64,000 nucleotides of DNA from Epithemia pelagica (GCA_946965045.2 OX337229.1:4898001-4962000), one strand, 5' to 3'. Counted from the first letter of the stretch, positions 22,190 to 34,169 are shown. Numbers and translations are program-made. Notes: generated by a model from the sequence alone, not told the origin.

Positions 22190-23327
22190 GTCCAAAAAAC
22201 GGCTTTCGTCCGAAAAAAGGTGCACTTCTCTGTGTGACGTACAGACGTCTACAAGAGTTCACATGAAAATTCTTTCCAGGGACATCGAGGCGGACGCGTT
22301 GTGGCAAGGAAAGAAAGGCGGCGGATGATGCACCAACTGTTCCATTCGACCATGACATGATAAGCAAGGAGAAAAGAAAAGCCAGAGAGTTGGTGTGATA
22401 CGAACTCGTTTTCGTGGTGACTGGGATTTGCTCAAAACCAAACGACGAAACCAAATAATTGAACATTATTTTTTTTGCGATGTTATGGAACGATGGAGAA
22501 CCATTTTTGTGACAAGCAAGTGACAAGTCGGAAGATCCCGAACGTCAGTCCACGAAACGCGATCTTGTATCTGGTAGTAGGAGTAGCCTATTCTATGTTC
22601 TCTACCTCTGTAGTAGATCTAGCTAGTGGGAGCAGGTAGATTTTTGATCGCACGTAGCACAGCGCCGAAAAGGTCGCGTCAGGCACGTGGCCAGCTTACA
22701 CTTCCGGTCTCAATTACTGACTATACATCAAATTGTACAAGATGCAGAACGGCCAGTGAATTTTGAGTACGCTCCAGTGATCACATCGTGCACGAGAATA
22801 GACTATAAAGTACTTTTGTGAGAAGGCCACCGATGGAGCATGGAAAAAGAAAGAACCGAGCAAAACTCTTTTGGACTTCACGGTATTCGTCGAGTGCTGT
22901 CTTCGTGAACCTGCATGCATCTTCAAAGCTGTCTTCGTAGTACATCTGCACCACACTGCACTGCAAATAAACAACGTATCCAACTCCAACACCTTTACTC
23001 TTTGTCTTGATTCTGTGAAGAGATATTCGTCGACTTGGATTTGCTTGGAGCTTCATCGCAATCCATCAAAGTGGGTATCATTGAAGGCCGGAAACGTACT
23101 GGTTGCTGTGGTGACTGGTGACAGGCGAAGGAGGGACCTTCTTCTTGAGCTATTGACGGAGTATCACATTATATTGGTCGACTTTGTTGCAGTTCCCTGG
23201 ATTTTGATGCCAGAGATATTGCTGTGAAAGAAATTCAAACTTCAACTCTTTTCCTCAACAACTTCGCTGCGTCAATCAAGCGGGGCGATCTCTGTCACTC
23301 CAACAACAGGCACAATAACGAAGCAAC

Positions 23328-25762
23328 ATGTCTCGCCGTCGCGGAGAGTTTGAGCATCGAACATCGATTTTTGAAGGGGCATTTCGTGCCTGGTCTCATT
23401 TGGGTGGCTTACCACCTGAGGATTTGGAATCCAAGCCAACAGCGGATTTGGACCCCTTGACCAGTCCCATTGAGGACGACCCTCGCATTGCGTCACAACG
23501 AAAATCGGGAGAAATCAAAGAAACCAAAAATCCAGATGGCACGACACGTCGTGAATATCCCTACGAACCTCTACCGCGGTCCGGTCTGGCGCATCCCTAT
23601 GTCCAGGCAATCCTCAGTCCGTACGTGTTTGTTGTGCTATCTTCTCAAAGAATTGTCGTTTACTCATATTTTCATGTCTTGTTCAATCACAGATGGTTGG
23701 GCCCTGATGCGGACAATGAAGCAATTCAGCTTGGCTTAACGACCCTTCGAACATGGTGGCAACATCGACGAAAAGGTGAATCTGGCTCTGCGATTGCTGC
23801 ACTGGGAACAGAAAAGATGAAGGGTGTGGTGGAAGGATATACTCGGCATTTCTTTACATTGGCTCACTGTCTTGTGGTGCAGGACAAAGAACAACCGCCT
23901 CGGACATTGCATGGTAGGATGAAGGAACTAGAAAAAGCACGCAACAAACGAGGTAAAAAGAAGACCACCAAAGACGATGACAACAAAGCTTCAATCAATA
24001 TGGCCTCAGCTCCCTCGGACTTGGTTAGCGATATAAAGGGAGACTTGATGGATTCCAACTTGTCGCCGCTGGAACGTTTGCATGCAGCTCAAAGACGGCA
24101 ATTGGCTAGTTCTGGAATGATCCATCCACAAATGCCAGCCACAACTCAGGTGGACATTTCGAATCCCGGTCCTGTTGTTAATCTCAAGGGAAAATGTATA
24201 CCAGGGAAGATAGATTTACCTGGAATGGTAGAACAAGTCAATCATGCCGCCAACCAACTTGCTCACAGAGGTGGCAACGTACCGGTAGTATCCTCCTCGA
24301 GTGCATCGACCCTTACACAAACGCAAGCACCTTCAAATCAATATGGCGATCCGAATACAACACCAGTTGTGTTTGTTTCGAGCAGAGGAGATATCATGAT
24401 TGCAATGGAAATTGATGGAATTACATGCGCTCACTGCGTCAAAATTGTGGAAACGGTGCTGAAAGGCTGCAGTGGCAATAAATCTCCAATCGATGGATTA
24501 CTGGATGCCGCTGCCGATCAGAAGTTGAACGCTGTGTTAATAAGGATTGACAAGGCTAGCAATGCGAAACGAGTTGCCTTTGAATCGGCGCGCAACCTGT
24601 CCATGGTGGGATACACGGCAAAAGTAAAAGAGATGAGTATCGTGGGAGCCACTGCGGACCAAAAGTCCACCATGGACCTCGGATTGCTCAGTACAGCGTT
24701 TGAAGTTGTTGCCAACACAGATCCAAAGGATTTTTTTGACTGGAGAGTTCCCTGCACCTGTCCGGACAATGGAGTCCTTCGGCAAGACTGTGCTCGGTAA
24801 GTATGAGGATGTATCGGGCAAAAAGGCTGGTTTGGGGAATTATATAACTCACAGACTAATCTTTTGATGTCAGTCACGGTCAAATGAACACTCGCATCTT
24901 TGAGGCGTTTGAATCTCGTGAGAAACAGGTTGTCGATTACATGGCTGGTTGTGGTATGAAATACGGCATGCCTTGCACATGCGGTCCTGAGTGCCGTTGT
25001 AAGAATTGTCCCATTCATGGGAACAATGGTAATGGTGGCAGCGATGGCCTAGATGTGAACGAGGAAGCACAAATCCGTGCTGCAGCTGCAATGATGCAAC
25101 AGCAAACTCAAGCACCTCTTGCACCAGCGCCACGCCAACAAGTTCAGCTACAGGTACAACTCCGCGGTACATCGGCGAGTCCATTTGGCATGGACGATGA
25201 TGAGCCAATTCACGTAGAACAAAAAATGGATTTCTTTGGTCTGGAGCCACCAAAAGGTTCCCAACTGGCCGGTCTCGATAGAATGCAACGTGCCCCGTCC
25301 ATGCGACGATCTATGGAAGCGAATAAAGGACAACTTGGTGGTATAGTAGGCTTGCAACAACAGGAACCTCCCGCACAACAGGAACCTCAACCCATTCAAC
25401 ATCTCCCACTCATGGACGAACCAGGAGAACTGGGTCTATCTTCCCCGCACCGCCGTTCATCACAACGAAATCCATCAATCATATCATATGGTGGTCTTCG
25501 TCATATGTCAATGAATTCAGAAACGACTTTTGGTCGGGCAATGTCCGGACTCTCCGCACTCTCAATTGACTGGGAAAATTTGGAGGATTTTGATTTGGAA
25601 GTGGATCATAGCGCTCACATCAACAATAGCCAGATTGGCAACAAAATGGGAGGTGGAGGTATGGATCCTTCCATGAACGGGGGTCGACGATCAAGCTTTC
25701 GGAGACCTCATCACCCAGGAGCACACAATCCCGACAAAGAGCATGTGTCATTTGAAGTCTAG
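23328..25762 (+). CDS. Heavy-metal-associated (HMA) domain protein with a Cys/His cluster and Q-rich tail, 3 exons
   Basis: Introns 23621-23692 and 24797-24873. Motifs MEIDGITCAHCVKIVETVL, CTCPDNGVLRQDCARH, CGMKYGMPCTCGPECRCKNCPIH. Confidence 0.8.
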
Positions 25763-26182
25763 AGAGATGATGATTTGGACGAGTCATCTGTTGAAGTGTT
25801 TACATGTCAGAAACAATGGCTTGGGGCTCACAAGACAAAACAACTCCTGCCAGATATATTTTGCAGCAACAATCACTGTCAGGCAATCAGTTGCATCTTC
25901 TCGAGTTGTCGAAGTAGTGCATATTCATTTATAACTTAGGGGATGTGATTGACTATTTCTGTGTTGTCCTTTCCTAGCATCTGAGGCTAGGACGACTACA
26001 ATATTGGATCCGCAATGGATTGGCTCCTTGTCCGACATTTTGACAAAAGCATTTGCGTTTGCCCTGCCAAGAATATGTTCGACAAATCTCCCTGGACAAA
26101 TAATGCATCTCAGTGATGAACACCGTCGGAGCGAGCATATCTCAAAAGTTAAAGAAGAAACGACCGAAGAGTACAAGAGGAT

Positions 26183-26836
26183 TTAGAGCCCTTCATGTGT
26201 GTTATCATCCCATGCCGCAGCTTCTCGATAGGATTTATCTAGTGAGGAATAACTATCCAGAAGATGTGATGTGGTCTCATTCGCCAATCTAGGGTAGCTC
26301 AAACTATCCACGAGATCACTGTCAAAGCCACACGTGTCTCGGAAAAACTCTTGTGGATTGACAACTCCCTTCTGCTTCCATCTTGTTACGACACCCTGAA
26401 CCACCACCTGAGCTCGCACACGGTTCCGACCTTCAATTGGGTAACGGAAATTCTGTACCATCCACAAATATCGTTCATCCATTGCCACAAGAGAGCTGTC
26501 TATCTGGAACTTTCGAAAGAGAGGACGAATCTCTCTTCGAAATCGAACAGCTGTGCTTGCCACCAAAAAGTTGGCTCCATCACGTGCCATGATCCCCAAA
26601 ATTCCATTCTGAGCCGTCATTTCCCATCGCGCCATTTCAGCATGGGCAAGGTATGCGGCATTGTTGAGATGTCCGAGATAGTCCACGTCAAACACACCAG
26701 CTCTGGCATAGTAGGAATGAATGTTCTCGCCAACTCCAACGATCGGATGAGCTTTGGTTCCGGAAAGCTTCCCAGGACCTGTAAGAAGCCCTTTGGCAAT
26801 GGTGAAAATCACTCGAGGAGTGTGGACCAATCCCAT
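26183..26836 (-). CDS. Hotdog-fold thioesterase (4HBT-like / THEM6-like)
   Basis: DVDYLGHLNNAAYLAHAEMARW and VRFRREIRP. Confidence 0.8.
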   Translation of the reverse strand: MGLVHTPRVIFTIAKGLLTGPGKLSGTKAHPIVGVGENIHSYYARAGVFDVDYLGHLNNAAYLAHAEMARWEMTAQNGILGIMARDGANFLVASTAVRFRREIRPLFRKFQIDSSLVAMDERYLWMVQNFRYPIEGRNRVRAQVVVQGVVTRWKQKGVVNPQEFFRDTCGFDSDLVDSLSYPRLANETTSHLLDSYSSLDKSYREAAAWDDNTHEGL

Positions 26837-27205
26837 GCCTGATAGCTGATAGAGATATCGGAAGAAGACGAAGTCAAACGTCACCAAAAAAAAGAAATCT
26901 TGGAAGGCTACAACCTACAACCTACAACACACGAAGATGTGTGGGTTGTGGGTTGTGGGTATCTTTTGCGTCCAGAATCCAGATCCAGCTGTTTTCGCGG
27001 AGAGTCTGGACGTCGCCCCTCCTGAATCGATCGTGACCCGACTGACTTTAGTGTCAGTGACGAACCGCACAGAAACAGACCGTCGAGAAAGGCGGAAAGC
27101 CAAACGTACAGCTTGTGTTTACTGTTTCACTGTTTACACAAAATTCGTTGGTTTCATCTGACGAAACAACCTTCTCTGTTCATACCAAACAAAAGAATCG
27201 AAACA

Positions 27206-27932
27206 ATGGGTGTAAGTCTGCCAAGGAGGCATGATAGGATCAATTTCTGCTTTCGGTTTCACGATGCCCATCATATTCTTTGTTTATCCGTATGCTGGCA
27301 ATGAGGGTTGGGAGAATCTTCACACGTGTCCGATGCGACATATCTTTCACAGCGGGTGAAGAGGATCGGCAGCACCATTCCGTATTTTGTTTTCGCGTTG
27401 CACATCATGTCAATTCTCACCGGTCTCCTGTCTTTCTGTTTTCTGTGTGATACAGCGTGCACGACGTGGAGGAGGCATGGGACGCCGCCCAGCACCGGCT
27501 CGTCCGGCACCATCGAAACCAGCCGCTCGTCCAGCTTCCACTCAAGCGGCCCCTACGCCGCAACAACCCCAGACCAGTGTTCCTGCTGTCCAACAACCCC
27601 AATCAGGAGGAATGTTGTCGTCAATCGGTAGCACCATTGCACAAGGAATGGCCTTTGGAACCGGAAGTGCCATTGCTCACCGTGCCGTCGGTGCCGCTTC
27701 GGACAGTTTGTTTGGAGGCAGCTCCGACAAGCAAGCTGCTCCTGAGTATGCTCAAGGTGCCATGGAGCAACAACCCGTGGCTGCTTCGAACATGATGGAC
27801 ACTGGTGCTTGCGCTGCCGATAAACAATTGTACTACGACTGCATCAAAGACAACCGTGACGACCAAGTTGTCTGCCAGTTCCTCTTGGACCAGCTCAAGT
27901 CGTGCCAGCAGAATCAAATGTACAGTGGATAA
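27206..27932 (+). CDS. CHCHD2/CHCHD10/Mix17-like mitochondrial twin CX9C protein, 2 exons
   Basis: ATGGGT, intron 27212-27455, then RARRGGG.., GGMLSSIGSTIAQGMAFGTGSAIAHRAV, and CX9C-X9-CX9C at the C-terminus. Confidence 0.88.
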
Positions 27933-28432
27933 AGCAATATCTCGAGATTGCACTTGTCATGCAACGCTCATTGTGATGTCCATTTAGGTTAGTTTAGGAG
28001 ACAATGTTAGGCACCATCAGAAATCAATTAGCCATGAATTAGGTACGAAGTCTGAAGTAGTAGCTAAGTTCGAGTAATCGTAAAAAATCGAGATGCAATT
28101 AGCAGCGGTTGTGGGAGAACAAATAACGGCGTTGCCAAGAAAATGTACGGCGAATTCATTCCCATTTCTGTTCATTAAGGAAGTGGATCGTTCTACAGCT
28201 CTCTGGGGTTCTGCCTCTGGTGAGAGCCTTTCTTTCTCAAGTTGATTCTGTCGTTGATAATCAATATAGACCGATAAATTGCTTCTTTCCAATTTCCAAA
28301 AGGAGACGGGTGGCATTGAGCGAGATTGTGGACCAACTATGCTCTATGCTTCGAATCAACAGGAGTACACCTAGCTATTGGTGAGGGGACCGTTTGAAGT
28401 TAGAACGCGCGACGCATATGAAATTGCCTTAA

Positions 28433-28444
28433 CGCCAATCGTAA
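28433..28444 (+). repeat. Left TIR of the piggyBac-like element
   Basis: CGCCAATCGTAA is the reverse complement of 37911-37922. Confidence 0.9.
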
Positions 28445-28452
28445 GCGAGCAG

Positions 28453-28665
28453 TGCCATACCCATACATAATGGTAGGACGTAAAAATTATGATCTTTAGG
28501 AATTAGGCTAGGAAAGTGAACGATGGCCAGAGAAGCCATCTGCACACGGGACAAGGACGGACTGAATTCTGAGAACGTCGGTGTCAAAGATGTCACAGAT
28601 TCAACTAGGGACCTATCGAGTCATGTTTACGTGGAGTCGTGGCGGGACAGAGTCCGGGTACCGCA
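28453..28665 (-). repeat. Gypsy 3' LTR
   Basis: Direct repeat of 33957-34169 with one substitution (GGACGG vs GGAAGG). Confidence 0.95.
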
Positions 28666-28752
28666 CTCTACCTCTCCCTGGTCGGACCTAGGAAGTTCGA
28701 GCGGGCCATGGGAAAGCTTGATGGCCAGAGGCCAACGGCAGTAAAACCCATG

Positions 28753-31700
28753 TCACACACGGTAAGGGATGAGACGCCTGATATTGATGCGCTCGGTAAC
28801 GTGGGGACCACGTTGAATGGTCACAGTGCCATTGGAATGGACACGCGTGATAGTGAAAGGATTGGGACTGGTACGAAGTGCCAATTTGTCCGGATTGGTA
28901 GCGCGGATAAGCACGCGATCTCCAATTTTGTAGTCATGAAAGACGCGAGAGCGATTTGCGAGTCGAGCTCGTTCGTCCACGATGATTTGGCGTTTTTGAC
29001 GAATCAATTCCATGTCCGCAAGGATGGGAATGTCGAACAGCATGTCGCGGTGGAACGCAAGACTGCCGGGAGAATGTTTGAGGCTGCCGTGGATGGCAGT
29101 GCGTGCAGAGTATGCAGCGGTTTGCAGAGCAGTGTCAACCATAAGAGCGGCCTGTTCAATGTTGTGCGGCGGCTCGTAGTTAACGATAGCGCGTAATGAA
29201 TTGCCAATCGTCAGATGAAGACGTTCACATAGGGCATTGGATTGTGGATTTTTGACCGTTAGGGGCACTGGCTTGATACCATGATTGCGAAGCACTTGCG
29301 TAAACGCATGGCCGATAAACTCGCCGCCTTGATCAAAAAGGCAACGAACAGGGCGAGGATAGCGTGAAAGCCATGAATTCTCGAGTTGGAGACCAACATG
29401 TCGAGCGGTTTTATCGTATATGCGGATAATCTCGCAGAAATTGGTGACAGTGTCAATGACCGTCAGAGCTTGAAAGGTCAGGGCCATGCCATGGACTTTG
29501 ACTGTCCAGGGGCCGATAAGATCGACGGCAATGTCGGACCAGGGATTACCACGGACCTCACGAGGAGGCAATTCTCCGTAATGTCGATGAACGACCTTCG
29601 ACCGTTGACAGGTCGGACAGCTGGAAACAGCTTGATCGCAGTAGAGTCCCAATTGGGGATGCGTCATGTGCATGGCGATAGTATCGCGGAGTCGCGTGGA
29701 ACCAGCGTGGTTAAGCACGAGATGATACCAGTTGACTGTATGCGCGAGAAGCGAGTCAGGAATGCGAATGCGCCAGAGGGCATTAACCGATTGTCGATAA
29801 CAGACAAGGTTGTATTGTGGATTTTCCGTAGGAAAGGGTTGCAAATGATAATAGTCAGGTTTGGATTGGACCAACGCCATTAAGGCGGCATCGTTTTGTT
29901 GATGCTGAAATATCGTAGCATAGTCAACCGGTAGGGGTTGGTTGGCCGTAATGGCGGGATGATTAAGATACACATCGATCAACTCTTCGTCCATGAAAAT
30001 AGGGGATTCATGAGAATCCGCGTCACGAGACGCTAAGCGGGGGTCATCATTAGGCGCACGAGGAACCTGAAACACGGAGTGTTTGCCGCTACGATCGAAA
30101 AGGGATCGTGGTCCAGACGAGGGACCGTCGGAAGGGACCTTGGAAGGGACACTCTTCTCCTCCTCTTTTGAAAGAGGGAGACGCGACAACGCGTCGGCGA
30201 TGACGTTATCCTGGCCAGGAATATAATGAAAGATGGGATTGTATTCTTCGAGAAAGAGACGCCAACGAAGGACTCGTTGGGAGTTGAGAGTGGAATAAGT
30301 GAGATTTTTGTGATCGGTATGAATGTGCAAGGCGGCACAGCCAAGCAACATGGAGCGGAACTCCTTGAGGGTTTTGACGATGGAGAGTAACTCCTTTTCC
30401 ATAGTGGTGTAATTCCGCTGAGCGGGGTTGAGCTTGCGTGAGAAATACGCGACAGGGATGTTTTCCTGCATGATAACAGCGCCGAGCTGATAGTCAGACG
30501 CGTCCACAAAGACGTGGAAAGGAATGTTGTGATCTGGATAGCGGATAAACGCATCATGCGCAAGCATGGCTTTAACGTTTTCAAAGGCTTTCTGACATTG
30601 CGGGGACCATTCAAAGGTCTTCTTGCCGGTCAAGGCTGTTAGCGGAGCTAAGTGATGGGATCGCTGAGGATACATGTGACGATAGAAATTAACCATGCCA
30701 ATGAAGGAACGTAGTTCTTTCATGGTGCGAGGAGGCGATAGAGCCAGAATCGCGGAAATCTTTTTCTTCCATGGTCGTAGACCTGTAGGCGTGAGCCAAT
30801 GGCCAAGGAAGTCGGTTTCCTTCACGGCCCATTCACATTTGTGAGGAGTGATAGAAAAGTTCTTGTCTTGAAGACGTTGAAGGACTTTGTTGAGAATCTC
30901 GACATGTTCTTCCCAACTGTCGGAAAAGACGCCGATATCGTCGATGTAGACCTCGACGTGATCGCGAAAGTCAGCGAGGACTTCTTCCATGAGCTCTTGA
31001 CAGAAGTCTGGGGATTGCTTAACTCCCATAGGGAGACGACGATAGCGAAATTTGCCAAAAGGCGTAGTGATAACGCAAAGATTGCTGGAAAACTCGTCGA
31101 GTTTGAAAGTGTGAAAACACATAGAGATGTCAAGTTTTGTAAAATACTTGTAGCCTTTGCGTCGTCGAAGGATATCTTCGATCCGTGGAAAGGGATAGAC
31201 GCGGCGATACATTTGCGCATTAAGCGAACGAAAGTCCGAGATCATTCGGATTCGTCCATCCTTTTTAGGAATGGCGAAATGAGGAGCGGCCCACTCAGTG
31301 GAGCCAACTCGTTCGAGAATGCCGATATCGACAAACCGAAACAATTCCTTTTTAAAGGTGTCATGGATATTGCGAGGGACCGCATAATGACGATGATGAG
31401 CCGGTTTGGCATTGGGCATGAGATCGAGATGCAACTCTTTGTCCGGATAGGCACGCAAGACGCCATCAAAGATGCGCCCGCATTTCAGCCACACACCAAG
31501 AAGATCTTGTTGTTGTGAGGGCGTCAGATGAGTCTGTTGAGCAAGAAGCTCATCGAGATCTGCCTGTTTGTAATTTGAATCGAGCAGGTAATCGTCACCG
31601 AGGACGTCATCATCTGCGAAGAGATCGATGAAATGCGAGACGAACTCATGTTCAGTCGCGAATGAATCGCGGTCGCGCATAGCGACTTCAATGGAGTCCC

Positions 31701-33822
31701 ACGAGGTGATCCCACGATCGAAATCAAGAAGGACGCCCAGACGGCGAAGCAAATCGCGACCGATGATGATATCATAGCGACTGTTGGGAGCATCATAGAT
31801 GTCGACCCATAGGGGATAGGTTACGTGTTTGGTTCGTGAGAACTCTGGGAGAACAATGTCTTCCAGGAGGATTTCGGACACACCGGAACGAGTTCCCATG
31901 GTCGTGTTCACGGAACGGTCGGTAGACCGCGGTATCATGCCTGGTTGAAGGCAACGTGAATGAAGAATCGTCTTGTCGGCGCCTGAGTCGAGCAGGGCAC
32001 GCAAGGGAAGCGTATTTTCAACACCGCCAATATGGCGAGCCATGACGATGGTGAGTGGAACGCATTCAGGCCGAGAAGGCGAATCGAACGAAGGAACATC
32101 ACTAGATGAAGAAAATTGGGAGTAGAACTCATCATAAGACTCTAGGTTATCCAAGTAACCGTTATTGGGATCAATCACCTCGCTTATAAAAGCGTCATCA
32201 CGACATAGAGACGCGGGCGTAAGCAGCGAGACCTCCTTCAGTGGACAGGTCGTAGATGTGGGAAATGTCAATTCCGCGCCCATAGATTTTATTGAGCTGG
32301 TCGATGACCTCGTTGATGGGTGCATCGGGATGGATTGCGCTGCCGGCATAGCCGTTGGCGGGCCAGTTTGGATCTGACATTGCTGCGAGAACAAAATGCC
32401 CAGGTGATGAGTCGGATCGTCAGGAGACGATGAAAAGGAAGATGAAAGGTGAGACGTACCGGGGACCGTCTTTTCAGGATTGCGAAGATCGCTCCACTGC
32501 TGGATTCCCTCGGCATCGACAGGAATGGTAGGAACGCATCCTGGAGGAGGAGCTACGGCAGGAGGATTGGCAGGAACGGCATTCCATCCATTGCCGGCAC
32601 CAGCAGAGTCAGAGGCGTGTTGATCATTGCCACGACCTGGGGCAGAAGGACGAGAGCCCCAAGTGGCACGCAGAGGAACGGAAGAGCCACCACGCGGGTT
32701 GTTATTGCCATTGGAGGAACCACCACTTTGAGGAGGATTGGTTCCGGCGTTGCCGCCACTGGTAGAACGGGTAGAACGTTGAACCATGACGTCAAAAAGG
32801 CTTTGATTGAAATTGCGACCCGTAGGATTATAAATGCAATCAGCCCAAGAATGGTTGCGATGAGATTCCATCGTGGTCCGATACGGACAGGGATCGGAGT
32901 TGCCATCGGAGGCGCCACGATTGTCTCCGGAGGAGGCATTACGGTCGGAGGAGCCAAGGCGATTTCCGCCACGTGAGGAGTCACGATTGCCACCGCGGAG
33001 TCCACCACGAGAGTGGCGAGAGCGCACGCGACGATCGCGATTGCCGCTGTTGTTGGAGTCGCGAGGACGAGAGCGGTCTTGGCGAGACTGCGAACGATTT
33101 TGTTGTTGCTCACGTAGGAGGGCCTTTTGCTTGGAGGCGCGCTGGTATCCACGAATGGCTTGCAAGAGAGCATCCGTGTCAAAGTGATTGACAATGTCCG
33201 GCACCAAAGGATTGGCTTGTTGAAATTCCGTGCGCCATGTAGTCGGCGAGCCTTGGTAAAAGGCTTGTTTGATTTCGTCTTCCGTGAGGGGGACGATTGC
33301 AGCGTCAGAGCTGAGGTACTTGAGACCATTAGAGAACTTGCGTAGAGACTGCAAATGCGAATCCACAGTCATGTCCGAGGGCTTTCGAGGCCCGGAAAGA
33401 AGGAAGGTGCGGAAAGCACTAACTTCACTGACAAGGACAAGGGGGGCGAAGACCGCAGCAATCAAACCTTGGAAACAGGCTTTATCGAGATTGGTGCCTG
33501 GAGGCAAACCGTTGTAGGCTTCGAGGAAAGGATCAGCGATAGCGCTGGTGACCGAGCGAGGGAAATACTCGCAACAAGCGGCGAAGGGGTCCGGATGACC
33601 GGAGATGCGGATCTTGTCCACGAAGTGGAGGACCCAAAGAAAGAGATCGCGAGGATCTTCATCCGTCGACTCCCGAAATGGGAGGAGGTTGGCGTAATAC
33701 TTGTCGTCTTCATCTTTGAGCTTGAGCAAGGAGAAGGAATCGGAGGACAGAGCCTCATCAACGCGACGTTGGAAGCGGAGTGCATCGACAAGGGTAATGA
33801 ACCCATTAGTGTTGTCTGCCAT
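28753..33822 (-). CDS. Gypsy single-ORF Gag-Pol (Gag, PR, RT, RNase H, IN)
   Basis: LLDSGA (PR), YIDD (RT), DASD...TDHKNL (RNase H), H..NH..CPTC plus VDLIG/FDQGGEF/NALCERLH (IN). Domain order is RT-RH-IN; no chromodomain. Confidence 0.96.
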   Translation of the reverse strand: MADNTNGFITLVDALRFQRRVDEALSSDSFSLLKLKDEDDKYYANLLPFRESTDEDPRDLFLWVLHFVDKIRISGHPDPFAACCEYFPRSVTSAIADPFLEAYNGLPPGTNLDKACFQGLIAAVFAPLVLVSEVSAFRTFLLSGPRKPSDMTVDSHLQSLRKFSNGLKYLSSDAAIVPLTEDEIKQAFYQGSPTTWRTEFQQANPLVPDIVNHFDTDALLQAIRGYQRASKQKALLREQQQNRSQSRQDRSRPRDSNNSGNRDRRVRSRHSRGGLRGGNRDSSRGGNRLGSSDRNASSGDNRGASDGNSDPCPYRTTMESHRNHSWADCIYNPTGRNFNQSLFDVMVQRSTRSTSGGNAGTNPPQSGGSSNGNNNPRGGSSVPLRATWGSRPSAPGRGNDQHASDSAGAGNGWNAVPANPPAVAPPPGCVPTIPVDAEGIQQWSDLRNPEKTVPGTSHLSSSFSSSPDDPTHHLGILFSQQCQIQTGPPTAMPAAQSIPMHPSTRSSTSSIKSMGAELTFPTSTTCPLKEVSLLTPASLCRDDAFISEVIDPNNGYLDNLESYDEFYSQFSSSSDVPSFDSPSRPECVPLTIVMARHIGGVENTLPLRALLDSGADKTILHSRCLQPGMIPRSTDRSVNTTMGTRSGVSEILLEDIVLPEFSRTKHVTYPLWVDIYDAPNSRYDIIIGRDLLRRLGVLLDFDRGITSWDSIEVAMRDRDSFATEHEFVSHFIDLFADDDVLGDDYLLDSNYKQADLDELLAQQTHLTPSQQQDLLGVWLKCGRIFDGVLRAYPDKELHLDLMPNAKPAHHRHYAVPRNIHDTFKKELFRFVDIGILERVGSTEWAAPHFAIPKKDGRIRMISDFRSLNAQMYRRVYPFPRIEDILRRRKGYKYFTKLDISMCFHTFKLDEFSSNLCVITTPFGKFRYRRLPMGVKQSPDFCQELMEEVLADFRDHVEVYIDDIGVFSDSWEEHVEILNKVLQRLQDKNFSITPHKCEWAVKETDFLGHWLTPTGLRPWKKKISAILALSPPRTMKELRSFIGMVNFYRHMYPQRSHHLAPLTALTGKKTFEWSPQCQKAFENVKAMLAHDAFIRYPDHNIPFHVFVDASDYQLGAVIMQENIPVAYFSRKLNPAQRNYTTMEKELLSIVKTLKEFRSMLLGCAALHIHTDHKNLTYSTLNSQRVLRWRLFLEEYNPIFHYIPGQDNVIADALSRLPLSKEEEKSVPSKVPSDGPSSGPRSLFDRSGKHSVFQVPRAPNDDPRLASRDADSHESPIFMDEELIDVYLNHPAITANQPLPVDYATIFQHQQNDAALMALVQSKPDYYHLQPFPTENPQYNLVCYRQSVNALWRIRIPDSLLAHTVNWYHLVLNHAGSTRLRDTIAMHMTHPQLGLYCDQAVSSCPTCQRSKVVHRHYGELPPREVRGNPWSDIAVDLIGPWTVKVHGMALTFQALTVIDTVTNFCEIIRIYDKTARHVGLQLENSWLSRYPRPVRCLFDQGGEFIGHAFTQVLRNHGIKPVPLTVKNPQSNALCERLHLTIGNSLRAIVNYEPPHNIEQAALMVDTALQTAAYSARTAIHGSLKHSPGSLAFHRDMLFDIPILADMELIRQKRQIIVDERARLANRSRVFHDYKIGDRVLIRATNPDKLALRTSPNPFTITRVHSNGTVTIQRGPHVTERINIRRLIPYRV

Positions 33823-33956
33823 GATGGAGAGATGCAATGGTGAGAAAATGAAAGGAAAGGAATCAAAGGACGGGCAAAAGGAATTGCACAAACGTCGGCC
33901 GCCGGAGGCGTGTTATGGTGAAGAAGGAAAAAGGGCGTTGAGGAATCTGATCAGAG

Positions 33957-34169
33957 TGCCATACCCATACATAATGGTAGGACGTAAAAATTATGATCTT
34001 TAGGAATTAGGCTAGGAAAGTGAACGATGGCCAGAGAAGCCATCTGCACACGGGACAAGGAAGGACTGAATTCTGAGAACGTCGGTGTCAAAGATGTCAC
34101 AGATTCAACTAGGGACCTATCGAGTCATGTTTACGTGGAGTCGTGGCGGGACAGAGTCCGGGTACCGCA
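33957..34169 (-). repeat. Gypsy 5' LTR
   Basis: Direct repeat of 28453-28665. Confidence 0.95.

Larger units (their letters stand above)
28453..34169 (-). mobile_element. Intact Ty3/gypsy LTR retrotransposon (GyDi-like), 5717 bp
   Basis: 213-bp LTRs (28453-28665, 33957-34169), TG...CA, 1 mismatch. 5-bp TSD AGCAG. PPT AGGGAGAGGTAGAG at 28666-28679. Confidence 0.97.

Noticed and set aside
22700-23230. Cluster of short ORFs upstream of the HMA gene
   Set aside because: Stops occur in all frames and no family was recognised.
27212-27455. Unusually long first introns (CHCHD2 here; ATP2 at 41240-41479) as possible snoRNA hosts
   Set aside because: No C/D box pair found by eye; H/ACA cannot be judged without folding.
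28639-33843. Several 150-260-aa overlapping or antisense ORFs in the gypsy element
   Set aside because: Expected shadows of a GC-rich long ORF; no motifs.
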